A program made the position numbers and the translations under genes. The notes under the pieces were generated by a model. The model was not told the DNA's origin and ran no database searches. It saw only the letters and a list, made by a program, of their open reading frames with translations. A stretch of DNA of 64,000 bases from Dimorphilus gyrociliatus (taxonomy: Eukaryota > Animalia > Annelida). The number at the start of each line of letters is the position of its first letter. Position 1 is the stretch's first letter. This document shows positions 11,290 through 25,084 of this stretch, one piece after another. The stretch lies in NCBI GenBank assembly GCA_904063045.1, contig CAJFCJ010000037.1:82151-146150 (forward strand), written 5' to 3'.

Positions 11290-14151
11290 TTATATATATC
11301 CTTTTCCCTTTTTGGCTTTAATAAATAAGAACAAAAATGTTAATATGGCAATTGACACCATTACACCAACACTGGAAATAGCAATTATTAAATAAGTCAT
11401 TTCAGAAGTTTTCTTAATAACTGTTTGTGAATATGATGTGGTATCAATAATTTCTCCACCAGATGTAGTTAGGTAATTTGAAAATGCTTTAGTAGTAAAA
11501 TCTGTATCTTCTTCTGTACTAAATTCATTCAGAGTACTTTCCTCATTTGGTAATGTACTTTGTATACTTTTAGAAATAGTTCCATCTTCAGGTTTTACAG
11601 TTGTAACTTCCACTTCTTCTCCTTGTTGAATATAAACAACAAAGGTGGATGTACTTGAACAAGGATCATCAGATTTATCTAAAGCAATAAGACGATGTTC
11701 AAATCGTCCAACTGGAAGAGGATACTTTACTGTTACTATTTCTGTTGAATTTCCTCTAACTTCAAAAATATTTGATTCTTTTTCAGTTTTCTCTAGTTTG
11801 TATGTCAGCTCTCCTTTCAAACCATAATCAAGGTCAGTTGCATCTATCCTTAATACCAAGGATCCTTGAGGTATACTTGAATTTAACAGAATCTTATCAT
11901 TCAAAACTGGATGTTTAATTACTGCACATTTATTTACATCCTCAACATTTATAGTTACAGAGGCTGAAGAAGATAACTTTGATAATGTATTTTCCATTGC
12001 TACTACTTCTACATTGTAACTTCCTGGTTTAAATTCTACATTAGATTGCAACACGCCTGTTATTTCATCAATTGTTACAGAAATATTTGAGAAGCCTAAA
12101 CTATAGAAGATTCCTTTAGTAGATCCTATATCTGTGTCATTAGCCTGAATTTGTAATAAATATTCATTGTTTGAAATGAGTTCATCAACAACTACTGTAT
12201 AATCATCACTTAAAAATTGTGGTTTATCTATATTTGGAACAGCTTTTTCAGAGCAATCCTCTCCTGTGAAACCATTTTTACATTTACAAACATTTGGTGC
12301 CACACATATGCCATTTCCTGAGCAATTTGATTGATTTTTACATGATGTTTCAGAGTATTTTGGTCCATACCATAAAAGATCACATGAACAATTATCAAAT
12401 GAAATATAACTACCTCGACCTGAACAAAAATTTAATGATTCACATGAAAATTCAGAACAAGTCATTCCTTCAAATCCTAGGTCACACTTGCACTCATTGG
12501 CTGAAATACATGTACCATTCAATGAGTATGGTGGATCACACTCTGGTACACTACAATTTCTTCCAGTGAAACCACTATCACAGATGCACTCTGTTTCATT
12601 CTTACAAATTCCATGACCATTGCAATTCATTAAATCTGGACATGATTTTAAATGTTCACAATAATCTCCATGAAATCCATTATTACATAAACACTTATTG
12701 GGTGCAATACACTCTCCATTCAATGAACAATCTTTCTCACAAATTGCAATTGAACAGGCATCTCCTTTCCATCCATCCTCACACAAGCATTCATCAAATC
12801 CCAGACAAGATCCATGATTGGTGCAGTAGTTCATATTCTCGCAAGAATACAGTAAACAAGTTGGTCCTGTATATCCTACTTCACATTTACATTTATCATG
12901 ATCAATACACACTCCATGGTTTGAACATCCCTTTTGACATATTGCTACCTCAGAACAATTATTACCTGTCCAACCTATTTCACACTCACAAACACCAGTT
13001 TTCACACAAATTCCTCTTGAAGAACAGTTTCCCTCACAGAATGCCTCTATCTCACATGTTGATCCCTCAAAACCTTTAAAACAAGAGCAGAATCCTTCAG
13101 AACAATTACCATTGACACATTGATCACAGAACCCTATTTCGCAATATTCTCCAGACCATCCATCAATGCAAACACATACTTTATCTTGACAAGTTCCTCT
13201 ATTTGAGCATTGATTTTTACATTGCTTCAATGTCAAAATACCTTGTTTGGCTATAGAAGGATCATCTGACATAACAACATCATATATACATCTTTTCTTG
13301 TCATCTTCATTCACATCATCACCTGCACATAACTCCGAAGCAAGATCAATTTTTGATTGGTTAATATATTTGAGGCTATAAATAGGTTTATGAGAAGAGA
13401 GAGTATAACTAGAATCCATAACATCATCTTTATGAAAGTTAGATAGATGAAATGACCAAGTGTTTAATAGACCTCTATTTTGTCTATAGGTACTTGTCAT
13501 TCTCCATGATTCAACAAAATCAATATGTGATGTAAAGTTTTCACCATTTGGGCCTTTAAAGTCATCACTGTCTTCATCATTCATCACTCCACATATGCCA
13601 GAAGTTTGATTAAACATTTTTTCACTGCCAGTAATTGACAAACTTAAGTATTGACATTTCATTTTCTCACTGAATGATGTGATAACTGAGATTGATGATC
13701 CACTATTGTATTTGACTGATGTTATCAAAATAGTCGGATCTTTCTTGTTTATGAGAGAAGATTTTGGTGAAATATCCAGACGAATTGTGTCATTGTCAAA
13801 CTTATAGGAATGGTTACTGTTCAAGTTATCAATTAAAGATCCATCCAATCTTAGAGAAGGAAAATCATCAGCTGTTATATTTAGTTTAGTAGTCACAGTT
13901 AAAACAGATGAATTTCCTACTTTGATGACAATTGCTCCAATGAATGATGTAGTTTTATAAGCATAGAATCTATATTGATATGACAAAGATGGTGAAATAC
14001 AGCCCCAAAATTTAACAATACCAAAGTAATCAAATGCTCTACCATCCAATGTTTCTAAATGAGGATCACCCCAAGCTACCCTTGGATTACGTATTTCACA
14101 GGCGTTACCCATCCATTGTCTAAAGCATTGACAGGTTGCTTTACAATTCAT
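11290..14151 (-). CDS. Open 953-aa 3' exon of the above: VWD + ~12 EGF + 2 cadherin repeats + TM + short tail
   Basis: WGDPH VWD motif, CSxxGxC EGF repeats, cadherin motifs IQANDTD and IDATDLDYG, TM YLIIAISSVGVMVSIAILTFLFLFI. Several EGF Cys are replaced by Tyr. Confidence 0.75.
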   Translation of the reverse strand: MNCKATCQCFRQWMGNACEIRNPRVAWGDPHLETLDGRAFDYFGIVKFWGCISPSLSYQYRFYAYKTTSFIGAIVIKVGNSSVLTVTTKLNITADDFPSLRLDGSLIDNLNSNHSYKFDNDTIRLDISPKSSLINKKDPTILITSVKYNSGSSISVITSFSEKMKCQYLSLSITGSEKMFNQTSGICGVMNDEDSDDFKGPNGENFTSHIDFVESWRMTSTYRQNRGLLNTWSFHLSNFHKDDVMDSSYTLSSHKPIYSLKYINQSKIDLASELCAGDDVNEDDKKRCIYDVVMSDDPSIAKQGILTLKQCKNQCSNRGTCQDKVCVCIDGWSGEYCEIGFCDQCVNGNCSEGFCSCFKGFEGSTCEIEAFCEGNCSSRGICVKTGVCECEIGWTGNNCSEVAICQKGCSNHGVCIDHDKCKCEVGYTGPTCLLYSCENMNYCTNHGSCLGFDECLCEDGWKGDACSIAICEKDCSLNGECIAPNKCLCNNGFHGDYCEHLKSCPDLMNCNGHGICKNETECICDSGFTGRNCSVPECDPPYSLNGTCISANECKCDLGFEGMTCSEFSCESLNFCSGRGSYISFDNCSCDLLWYGPKYSETSCKNQSNCSGNGICVAPNVCKCKNGFTGEDCSEKAVPNIDKPQFLSDDYTVVVDELISNNEYLLQIQANDTDIGSTKGIFYSLGFSNISVTIDEITGVLQSNVEFKPGSYNVEVVAMENTLSKLSSSASVTINVEDVNKCAVIKHPVLNDKILLNSSIPQGSLVLRIDATDLDYGLKGELTYKLEKTEKESNIFEVRGNSTEIVTVKYPLPVGRFEHRLIALDKSDDPCSSTSTFVVYIQQGEEVEVTTVKPEDGTISKSIQSTLPNEESTLNEFSTEEDTDFTTKAFSNYLTTSGGEIIDTTSYSQTVIKKTSEMTYLIIAISSVGVMVSIAILTFLFLFIKAKKGKGYI

Positions 14152-17100
14152 GACTGGTTTACAAATACCATGATTGTTACAATTTTTTGAAGGACTACAA
14201 ACTGGTTGTTCACACTCTTTACCTTTCCTTTCAGATAGACAAATACCATTGATGCCACACTGATTTCTGCAAGTACACTCACCAGATGGTGCCTCTTCTC
14301 AGCTCTGTCTATTGAACATTTAGAACATGGTTGGCAAGAACATAGCCCAAATATCAATCTAGATGGTGTTCCATCAGGACATATACATGGACAAGAATTA
14401 TATATGTCATAAATACTTTTTGCAGATCCATCAGGACAACAAAGTCAAGCTCCAGATTCATATTTATAACTAAATTCCCTTTTTCCATTTTCACATCTAC
14501 AAGGACACATACATTGTTTATTTTTCTTATTGTAGAGTCCATTTTTGATGTCATTGCCATATTGACCACATTTACAAATGTCATACTTTCTTCTCATTCT
14601 ACGTTCATAGTTGCTACCTTGGCTGAAATTTTGTAAATATTTTTTGTTTTTATTATCAAAATAGTATATATTGTAAAAAAGAAAACATTTACCTAAATAT
14701 AGGAAAGTCTTTCTTTATACAATTGATATAAAATATGTCTTTTTCATAAATAGAAAACCTATTTTTCCTTTAATTGTGATATCATTTAACATAACACTAC
14801 CAGTGTTTGCTTCTCTTTCATCACAAATATGTCCATCAGAGTATCCAGTTTTAATTTCTATTTTTTTATTTATCACCATATCCATTGATAGTTGATTATT
14901 TGTTTTTGTAGAAAAATTTTCAATTTCTATACCTGTTTATACATAGATAATTATAGGTAAAATATATTTACAATGATTTCTTTGATACTATACTTGCAAG
15001 CCAGTTGTTTACAGATTTCAATGATCCTTTTCTAGCAAAATATTTCAAGTTTTCATTTAATTTTTTAGATTTTATAGTATTTTTATAAAGTGGCCATTTT
15101 AGAGAAAATTTTGATTTAAATGGAATATTAACTTTTCCATATCCAATTCCATTTAATGCTGACATGCAAATTTTTCCTTTGCTTTTCCGCTATTGTCCTA
15201 TGATTGTCTAAATTTGTTTTGTTGTAGAAGATAAGTGAACTGTACAATAAACTTGAAAGTGTACAGTTCTTAGATTGAAAGAGAAAATTATCTCTTGATT
15301 GAAGAGTAACTGTTCCAACTGAAAATTCTGATGTAGATACTATACCAGGGAAATTAAAGCCATCAATTTCAAATCTAAATTGATAAGTTCCTCCTTAGAA
15401 ATATCATAGTTGATATAAATATCATGATTTATAGCCAAAGAAGATTTGAAATATTTAACACCATAATCAGGCAGGATTTTTATTTCCATTGTTGTTTGAA
15501 TTGATGAAATAGCCTTTGATACAATTGACACCTTAGCCACCTTTTTCTAATAATAAAATAAAGATAAAGGTTTATTACATTAATATTTCAGATTCTTATT
15601 CTTTTTAATTTCATTAAACACTTACATCTAGCATTACTGATGGTAAATTCTCTTGAATTGATAGCTCTAATTTATCATTAGAATTGGTTGAAATTGAATT
15701 AGTTTTTTTTGTAATTTGATTAAAATTTATATTAATTTCATCTAGAAGATTTGTCAATGAACCTAAATTGATTAATTCAATCATTTTCCATCCATTCAAC
15801 AAAGTTTTTGAATTAATTACATAACCAAGTGAAGTAGATACTTTTTGTCCAATAATGATTTTACCATTGTCAATAATATCATCTGTTTGTGAGTAGTATA
15901 AATTATGATTATTATTTTCTCCTCTGCAGTATAATTGATATGAATAAACTGGTATTTTGTCAAACTCTTCATTTTCAATATTATAATTTGAACAGTCTAA
16001 TAATGATGATTTTATAAACAAATCTTTATTAATTGTTTGATAAGAACTTTCAACTTTTTCTAGAAAACCTAAAGTATTTTTAACGATGACAACATCTTTT
16101 TTTTCAAATATCTCCGAATCTTCTACGATGATGTAATAAGATCGAAGAGATTCACCTTTATACTGGTACACTTCTCCTAAACATTTCATATTAATTTTCT
16201 TATCATTATCAATTATTTTCCCCTTGTCATTTGAATTTTGAAGGAATTTTGACAATTCATCATCAGATGGAGCCATATGTACCGTTTTCTCATCATTAAT
16301 TTTATTAAATTTACCATTTATTTTCAAATGAGCATATTTTAAATATATCCAATGGATTTATTACATGTGCAACCATTATTTCAAAATTTGATAATACTTT
16401 CATGCTGTTCAAGACTTCATGATGAATTCTATAATTCTTTCTACTTATTATAATATTTCCAACAGCGTTAATTACATCACTTCCGTCTTCTAGTACAAAT
16501 ATTTCATATTCATCGTTCAAATCACCATTTAATCTCTCATTGCTATCACATTTGTACAATGTTGAAGAATTGGGTATCTGAATAATGTTTTCCTTGAATT
16601 GAATGTCATTTAATCTTTGCTCAGAGGTCAAATCTGTATGTGGAAAGCCATCTGGGCATTTCTTTTCATTCCATACTCTACACCCAGTTTTTGTTTTTTG
16701 ATAACAATTATTAATGTCAATACATTGTTGACATACTTTATCAGCAGCACTAGAACAATAATGTTCAATACAATTAAATGATAATATTTGATTGGAACAA
16801 GAATTTGGCTTGATAGTAAGACAATTCCAGTAAAACCAATCAGGACAAGATCTATAAGGTAAACTAGGAGTTCCAGGCATACATCTTTGAGTAGAATCAC
16901 ACCATCCACAAGCATTTTTTTCTGTGCATTGTTTACAATTTGTATATCGTGGACATTTCGATATTGAACATCTTTTTCCATACCATCCTGGATCACATTG
17001 ACAAAAATTTGGACCAATACATTTTCCATGCTTATTACAATATCCAACATTTTTACATGTAATTTGAGAGCAATCAGCCTTTGTCCAACCAGAATCACAA

Positions 17101-20100
17101 ATGCATATTCCATGGAAGCAAACTCCTCTTTTAAAACAATTATTATCACAAGCAAAAGTATTAAACTCTCTACAAACAAAAGGTTTTATAATATCATGTT
17201 TAAAAGGAGAATGATTATTGGATTGGTGTTGTAAATTTGGAGAATTTGTTAATAACCATATATCAGTACTCTTTAAATTATTATTGAAATCTCTATATGT
17301 AACGATTTTTCCAATATCGTCACTAATTTCTAATTGATTCTTTGATATAAGATATGAAAATTCTCTTTTTTCAAAAATACTGTTTGGCTTGAACAGCAAT
17401 TTGGTGAAAAGATTATGGCATGTTGAAAAAACTGAGGATCTTTTTCCCCATCATACCAACAATCCGTCGTTTTCCTTTCTGTTAATCTGATTTGCTTATA
17501 GATAGAGTTTGGAAATAGAATTTTCCATCCACAAAGATTATTCTCAAATGTACATTGAGTTACTGAATATAAGAAAAAAAACTAGTTTATTTCAATACTA
17601 ATGATAAAATTTAACTGAACCTGGTCTTTTGATTGAAGAGAAGAGAATCTTCAATGAATATTTATGATAATATCTGTTTAATTGTATTCTCATATCATTT
17701 TCATAAATAAATATTTCTTGCTGTTTTGGAAAAGTTGGAGTTATTTGTATGAGAGAGTAGTAATATTTAAGATTCTATATACTTGATTCACATTGTGTAG
17801 AGTATAAGGTGATTTATTCTTTGGAAAAATGTGTGTATCTTTAGTTGAAATAGATCCAGATAAAATCTGTATTCTAAAAATAAAACCATAAGGAATTGTT
17901 AAAATTGCTGAGCATCCTTCCTTTGAGAAATCAAACCAATGTGAATCAAACCATAGTAGTGATTTATATTGTAAATTGAAAACTGCTCCAATTGTACAGA
18001 AAGTAATTGGTGAAGAAATTGAATATTCAAAAGATGGTTTATAAATTGGAATTTGATGATTCATTTGAGTTAATTTAATTGAATTAAGATTTTTATTAAA
18101 ATTACTATTTTCAATTGAAATTCTATTATATGAACCAATTAAATCCAATCCAGCTCCTCTAATAGATTCTACAAGGATATTTGATATCATTAGATTTTCA
18201 ACTTTATATAATAAAGTAATTTGTAAGCCAATTTGAGATGATAAGAAATTTGATTCTTTTACAATTACTTCTTCACTAAGCATTAAACTCAGAGCTACTC
18301 CATCAAAAACAGTATTCTTTATATAATTACTTACACCTTTTAAACTAACTATAGCTGTATTAAATTTTAGTGCGGAGCAGCTAAAGATAATTGTTACATT
18401 AACATTTTCTTGTAGAACATTTCTACATTGAGATAATTGGGTCACATTATTACAATCAAGTAATGATTCAAAATAATTGTTTTCTATTTTTAAATCGGGT
18501 CCAAATCTGAATATATCTATTCCATAATTCTGAGTTATGAAAATGTTTAAATTGAAAACATACTCCTAAAAATTTATTATTGACAATTTCAGCACTTGTT
18601 GATTTTTGGATAATATTATAATCTATAAAACTTAAATATCTAAATGAATTTCCGTAAAATGTAGTATTTCTTATTGATATTTTGTTTCTTGTTCTTTTTT
18701 TGCCTTAGTGTGTATTATGTTGAAATTAGTATCTTCAAAGCAACTAGATTCAATTGTAAAGGTTCTATATAGTAAATTTACTCTGATGTAGGAATTTTTT
18801 AATGTTGCCTTATATAACATTAAACTTTGCACAGATTGTAAAGCAAAACACTGATTTCTTTATCTAAAATTAAGGATAAAAAACATTTAGTTAAAAAAAA
18901 GAGTACTATTAAAGAATGTGATATGACGTAATAGCAAGCAAACCTTCTCCCATTGAATTTATAGACAGATAGTTTTGTCTTTGTGCAATGTTACATTGTA
19001 ATGTAATATTTTGACTTTTAGTTATAAAAGAAGTCTACATTTTTTTCTTATATATATATACTTTCTGTTTTAATATCATTAATCATAAATTTATTATTGG
19101 ATTGAATACAAAGACCCTGCCAGTTATTTTCCAGAATAATTGAATTTAGATTGTAATTATAAAATTTTTTATCATTCATTAAAGAAATGGCATTTCTAGA
19201 TGTTGAATTTCGAATTTGTATATTTCTTTATAAAAACAACAACAAAAAAAAGAAATCAATATTTCAAACATCAAAAAGTAAAAATACTTAATAAAACTAA
19301 TTATACCAACTCAATTAGCTGAATATTTGAATCTTGAAAGTTGATAGCAGCCTTTTCGCTATCTACATTTGATATTGACACTTTGTTTGAATTTCTTACC
19401 AGAATTCCATTATTTAATCCTCCATAACATTGACGGAAAGTTGGTATTACAAGACTATCAAGTATTTCATCAGCTGTTGAGTTCAAACAAATTGATTTAA
19501 TTGATTAATTTATTCATAATATAAAATATTAACATTTATGTCTTTTACAATTTCTAATATCAACTATACCAGTAGAACATTGAATTTCTTGGCAAGTTTC
19601 TTTTGCAGTACTCACATCCACAGTAAGAGTTTTCATCCAAAAGCATCATTTACAAACTAAAAACAAACAATCAAAAATCATTAAAATCTCTCCCAACTAA
19701 TTTTTTTTTCAAATTAGTAATTAAAAAGACATATTTACTTGTAAAACTCTACTGTTTAAATTGATATTATGGCATAGATATAGGTGTTCATCATTAAATT
19801 TGAATTTCAACCGAAATCTATCTTTCATATTTAAAAATAAGAAAAAAAAACCATTATTTTATGCTAAGAAAAAACTACTTTGTTCTTTTTACCATTATCT
19901 AAAAATTCTAAAATAAAATCATCTTTTATTGGAATTTCTTCAACATTCATATAAATTTTTTGATTTTTTTAAACCATTCATTTCTACATTGTCATTTTCT
20001 ATTACTATTTTAGTGAATTGAGAAGCAAGTGTAATATTTGCACCATGTTCAACAGTCAATGATGATGGTCTTATTGTAGTTGTAATCCTATGATGGCCAG

Positions 20101-20206
20101 ATGGAATAATTAAAGATTTACCATTATTTATGGAATTAAAATCAAAGCAACTTATCCAAGGTAATATCATGAATAAAATGATAATAGATGAGTTGGATGA
20201 AACCAT
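11290..20206 (-). pseudogene. Giant mosaic single-pass receptor/adhesion gene (signal peptide, beta-helix-like, CUB-like, MAM, EGF, PSI, VWD, many EGF, 2 cadherin, TM), multiply disrupted
   Basis: Signal peptide at 20206; MAM CTFENNLCGW (~17560); EGF and PSI CKQCTEKNACGWCDSTQRC (16311-17399); AWGDPHLETLDG VWD. Frameshifts near 17400, 16338, 15395, 15300 and 14295; in-frame stops at 14445-14447 and two TAGs in 15181-15240. Confidence 0.75.
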
Positions 20207-20859
20207 AATGACAACAGATTGAATAATCTATCAAGCTAGTCAACTAGCTACTTTCAACATTCACTAACTTAACAGCTACATATAAAAAATAATTCTTCTT
20301 TAAAGAAGAAGGAAGAAAAATTTGTCTTTAACTTGTAAATATATTTTCAGCTGTTGTCAAGGTGTCTTTTATATTTCGAGATTATCCCATTCAATCTATT
20401 CAATACTTGACAATAAGAAAAAAGGAAATTCTATAAAGCCTAACTGAAAATAGCTTTTTATTGATTTTTACTGTTCTAGTCAAACTTTATTTTAGATACG
20501 AAATACTGCAAAAATGTTTTGAATATGTTTATAATTATCAATATTATGATATTAAGATTTTGTGTTTTTAGCACTACAAATTCTTATCTCTCTTTGATAA
20601 ATTTGTAGAAAGCACTCACACACAGGATTAGATAGTTTATCAGGTTTTCAGAGCCTTCATTTCGATACTGATTACGTAATCTTATATATGAATAGATAAT
20701 AATTTTGCCTAAAGTTGCTTTGCAAAAGTAATTGAGACTCTTGAAGTATGAGAATTCTGTTTCTGTCTTTTTTGATTTTGATGTAGCCAATAAATTATTA
20801 ATCCAGACTTCTTTTATATTTATACTCCATAGCTGTTATTATCTATTCTTTTCTTTAGT

Positions 20860-21060
20860 TAAAAATGTGGTGAAAGGTTGAAAGTCGGGATTTCTAATAT
20901 GTAACTTTTTTTTTGTTCTAATTGAAGGTCAGTGAAAGACAAATCAATTTTGTCTACACAATTGTCTCCAGTAACTACACAGGATAGATCTGGTGTATGT
21001 TCATACTGTTCAAGTGACACATCGGGAGGTGATATAACAGAAAACATCACAATGTTTAAC
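20860..21060 (-). mobile_element. Fragment of a Gypsy element related to 51117-59884 (RNase H-integrase linker)
   Basis: LEQYEHTPDLSCVVTGDNCVDKIDLSFTDLQLEQ aligns with MEQYEHTPELTFVATSDNSKEKIDLSSVDLQSEQ at 56713-56610. Confidence 0.7.
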
Positions 21061-21149
21061 ATGGTTTAACCCAAGCCCCAACCTGTCCAAACAGTACAAC
21101 AGCAAAAATAAATATTTAATACAGTTGATAAGAGGCAAATGACAGTTGA

Positions 21150-22580
21150 TCTTCTATGATAATTTTTTCAAGGTTATTGAAATTTTTATTGAATCTTTGC
21201 TGTTGCAGCTTGTCTTATTCTGTCCTCAATTTCACTACTATCATTTTTCTTGTCAATAAATTTGCAGAAATATACAAGATAACAGAGCATACTTTATTCA
21301 AAGTCTCTGATTCCAAATCTTCCTAGGCAGGTAGGGAATCTGACACCAAACAAACAATAGATCATTACTACAAACAACAGTTAACAACTGCAGTACGACC
21401 TACTTTTTTACTGCACTAATACCATCTCGCAAAACAAAAGTGAACAGGATAATAACCTGAATGCTAAAAATATGTGCTTTAACCAAATTATGTCAATGAA
21501 CTAATATAATGAAATAACTGCAAAACCTGTTACAAAATGTTTCATTTGAAGATCAATGATCTTACCACTAAAAACTGCATATAAATATAAAAAGTTCCAT
21601 TTGTCAGCCACATACCATTTTCATTTTTTGGTAATAAAAGAAAACTATAAATACTTTTAAAATGAACAGCAAAACTACTAAAGCTATAATTCTACTTTTT
21701 TCACTTTGTTTTGTCAATTTCTTTTTAATTTCTATTGAAAAATACATATTTTTCGTTTATTTTTATTTCTACTTTTACTTTTTACAGTTTGGAATGATTT
21801 CAATATTTGAAGGAAGTATTCAAGGAAAATCCTATCATTCTCAGCAAGATTGTTCATCTGATCCAAAAATGGCATGTGTCTCCTGAAAATGTTGATCACC
21901 TGATAAAGATGATCATGGATCACTATTAGGTGTAAAGTAAATTGGAATATCCAGGTTGAACTCAAAAGCGTCAACTTTAGTACAAGTTAATCTCATCAAT
22001 GCAGATTTTGCAGAACAAACTTTAGTTACTACAACATTATCTTTAGCATATCCAACAAAAGCAGTTTTAGATTTATCCAAAATTGCTTTATCAGGATTTG
22101 GGAAGGTATAACTAAAATAACATAATTAAAATTCACATTAACTCTCACTTATTTCTCATTATGAATGAAAATATTTTTTCTTCATTTTCAAAATGTTAAA
22201 AAAATGCTTACTTGCAATTCCATTGTGTATCTACACCATAAAAGACAACAGTGTTTGATGATGATTCTATAGTTGAGATTTTAATTGTGATGTAAAGCTC
22301 ATAATAAGGTTGATAGTCTAGATAGGAAAATTAAATAAATGTGTAAAATGTACTACATTTTTTGAGAAAGTAAATAATTCCTTTCTTAAAAATAGAGTTT
22401 TCAAGTTAAAAGAAAACTTGTCCATTCCTTCAGTACATGTGAAACTTTGAGTAATTGTCCTGGATTCTATTATATTTTTAAAAGTATTATATGGGATTAC
22501 AAATTGAGTGTCTTGATTTACATTTACAGATGATCTATATAGTTCAGTCTCATCTGGTTTTGTGAGAATGACACTGAAAA
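21150..22580 (-). pseudogene. Unidentified multi-exon coding remnant
   Basis: GT-AG-bounded open segments (VILTKPDETELYRSS..., YQPYYELYITIK...QWNCK, YTFPNPDKAILDK...) with in-frame TGA stops downstream. No family recognised. Confidence 0.3.
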
Positions 22581-22667
22581 AAACAGTTAATCACCAAATG
22601 AAAAACATATTTGTTGATTTATAACTAACTCGTATACTGGTGATCCTAAATCTCTATACAGTTAGAT

Positions 22668-22900
22668 GGGCGCTGCTGAAAACGCCCATTTTGCAGTTCT
22701 TTTGGGGTGAGATTTTGGGCTGGGAAAGGGTTAGGAAAAATATTCCAACAATTGATTTGTAATTAGGTGGGTCCAAACTAAAGGTTAGGAACAATGCAGC
22801 GCTTAAAAAAGGATCCAGGGCTGGGTTAGGGTTTACCCCTTAATGTGTATGGTTTAACCCCTTTTATTTGTATGGTTTAATCCAGTACAGTTTCACCTGC
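22668..22900 (+). repeat. MULE-TIR-like motif plus GGGTTAGG-containing repeat element
   Basis: GGGCGCTGCTGAAAACGCCC motif (cf. 24267 and 44688) followed by GGGTTAGG / ATGGTTTAACCC motifs shared with 38550-38760 and 21061. Confidence 0.4.
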
Positions 22901-22989
22901 TCCAATTTATAAAAATGTATTAAAAAAGAAAAAGCTAAAAATTTTACACAAAGTTTAAATATTACTAGAATATAAACAAAGTATGTTAA

Positions 22990-23746
22990 GACACTAAGAA
23001 TTATTTTGAATAGATTGATGCAATCTTCTTCAAGAGGATAGCAGATGTAATTATGCCCAATTTGTATTCATCCCAAACAGCAAATACTTGGTTCTGCATC
23101 TGGATCACACTTTTCTTCATATACTTCTTTAGCCTTTTCTCTTATAGAAGTTTCTCTACAACTGGAATAAGACTTGATTCCTGTTTTAAAATGTCTATGA
23201 CCATATAAAATGACCCTTTTGCAGGAGTCTTTTCATTTATTCTTCTGTGCCATCCTTCAGCATCATTGTTGGTCCTGATGGCAAGACCAAATACAGACCA
23301 ACAATCTGATGTCCAAATTGAATGTTTAATCCAAGTACATTCAATGTATTGGAAAAAGTCCAAAAATTCCTTTCTCTCAAAGGCCTCATATTTTAGAATG
23401 TAAAAACTGTTTAGAATAGCTTCTTCTGAAAATATGCCAAGAAATGTAAAATTTATCTTTCACTTATAAACAATACAATGAAATAATTCATTTCTATTTT
23501 AAAGCATTACATAATTCAGAGAAAACTGGTATAAACATTACAATACATATACTTTTCTTGAACAATATTAATATTTTATTCTATAAATGAAGTAAACAAC
23601 AAAGAGAAAAATATTTCTGATTAAAAGTATGAATAATTATACCTAGAATATCTTTAGCCATGCATGGGATGTTTTTTCCCAGACTTTAGAAAATTTTTTC
23701 CCAACCTTTAGGACGTTTTTTCCCAAGGATATTTTTTCCCAACCCC
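22990..23746 (-). mobile_element. Mutator-like (MULE) transposase relic with terminal repeat array
   Basis: WSVFGLAIRTNNDAEGWH motif. 23390-23746 is homologous to 40470-40813 and ends in GGACGTTTTTTCCC-type subterminal repeats followed by AACCCC. Confidence 0.75.
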
Positions 23747-24088
23747 ATATGTCTCAGTGACAAATAAGAAAAAAACACAAAAAATTGATGAAAAAAGTTA
23801 TCTAAAAACTATTTGATAGAAATTTATATGTAGATCCAAGTTTTACCTAATAATTAACAGCTACAAAATTAAAAAAAAAACAAATCTTTTTTGATAAAGA
23901 AAAACATTTTTAATGTTCAAAATTTACAGTGTCCGGATTTTTAAGTCGCTTACTTTATATAAGTCATCTGTTCTGTATAATAAAAGTCTTGTCTCATTAA
24001 AAAAATTGTGATTTTATAGTTAAAAATATCAGACAATAAATCATTGCACATATAATTTAAAAAACTAATTGTCTTTGTTTACATGAAG

Positions 24089-24116
<28 letters not shown>
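24089..24116. repeat. (TA)n microsatellite
   Basis: Directly visible. Confidence 0.95.
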
Positions 24117-24119
<3 letters not shown>

Positions 24120-25084
24120 TATTTGAAGACAGTTAAAAGAAAAGAAAATGGGAAGTAAATTAATATTCTTTTTTTTCTTTTTTGATGTTTCTTACCATTT
24201 TTGGTTTGTAAATAAGAGTTTTATTAAAAAAATCTTCCTAATATTGTTACATTGTTCTTTTCTATAGGGGATGTTGTTGAAAACGCCCACAGTTTTGTGG
24301 TTTTTTCCACTGCCACTTTAAAATAACTAACATGCATTAATAAATGTATTATTTTGAATACTATTCTATATACTATATACAGTATATATATATGTGTGTA
24401 AATTATTAAAACCTACTTTTCCATCTATAAAATTCCATTATATTTTGTTACTTAGAATATACCAGTTTTTAATATTTGTACTCATTTCAAGTCAGACATT
24501 TTGATTGATTTTTGATATTAATTTTACAAAATTCTCAGTGAAATATTATTCTGGGAATCTATCAAAAATAAAAAAAGGTAAATTAATTATTATTGACGAT
24601 AATAGCAGTTTTTCATAACTTTGAAAATAAGTTTATTGGAGTAAATAGTGAAATTTCTGCCTGCAAAAAAAGCAAAGGTCAAAATCAATTCTGTTCCATT
24701 CATGAAAAAGAATGAACAAAAGTTGAAACTAGTTAAATACTTCAATTTCAAAGTAATTTTTAAGCATGTATGGTCAATTTTCAGGTTGTTCATATGGTTC
24801 TGTAATTTAAAGTAACAACATATTTTAATTACATCAAAATGTGATTAAATTATTGAAAAATTAACTAAAGTAGTATAAAATGTCAATCATCATTCAAATG
24901 TTAGTTCAAACAACATCAGGTGCTCATAATTAAAAGGTGAAAGTACTAAACAGCTCTTTGTAGTTTTGTAGTTTATTGCTATTGTTCAAAAAGTGACTTC
25001 TGCAGTAAACAATGAAAAGGGTTAGTATAAAAGTGAGTTGATATTTAAGAAAATTATACTTTGTGAAATAAATGGCTGTTCATC

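Noticed and set aside
11645-17234. Plus-strand and alternate-frame ORFs over the mosaic receptor (11645, 12294, 12642, 14354, 16628, 16998)
   Set aside because: Shadow frames of the Cys-rich EGF/VWD coding sequence.
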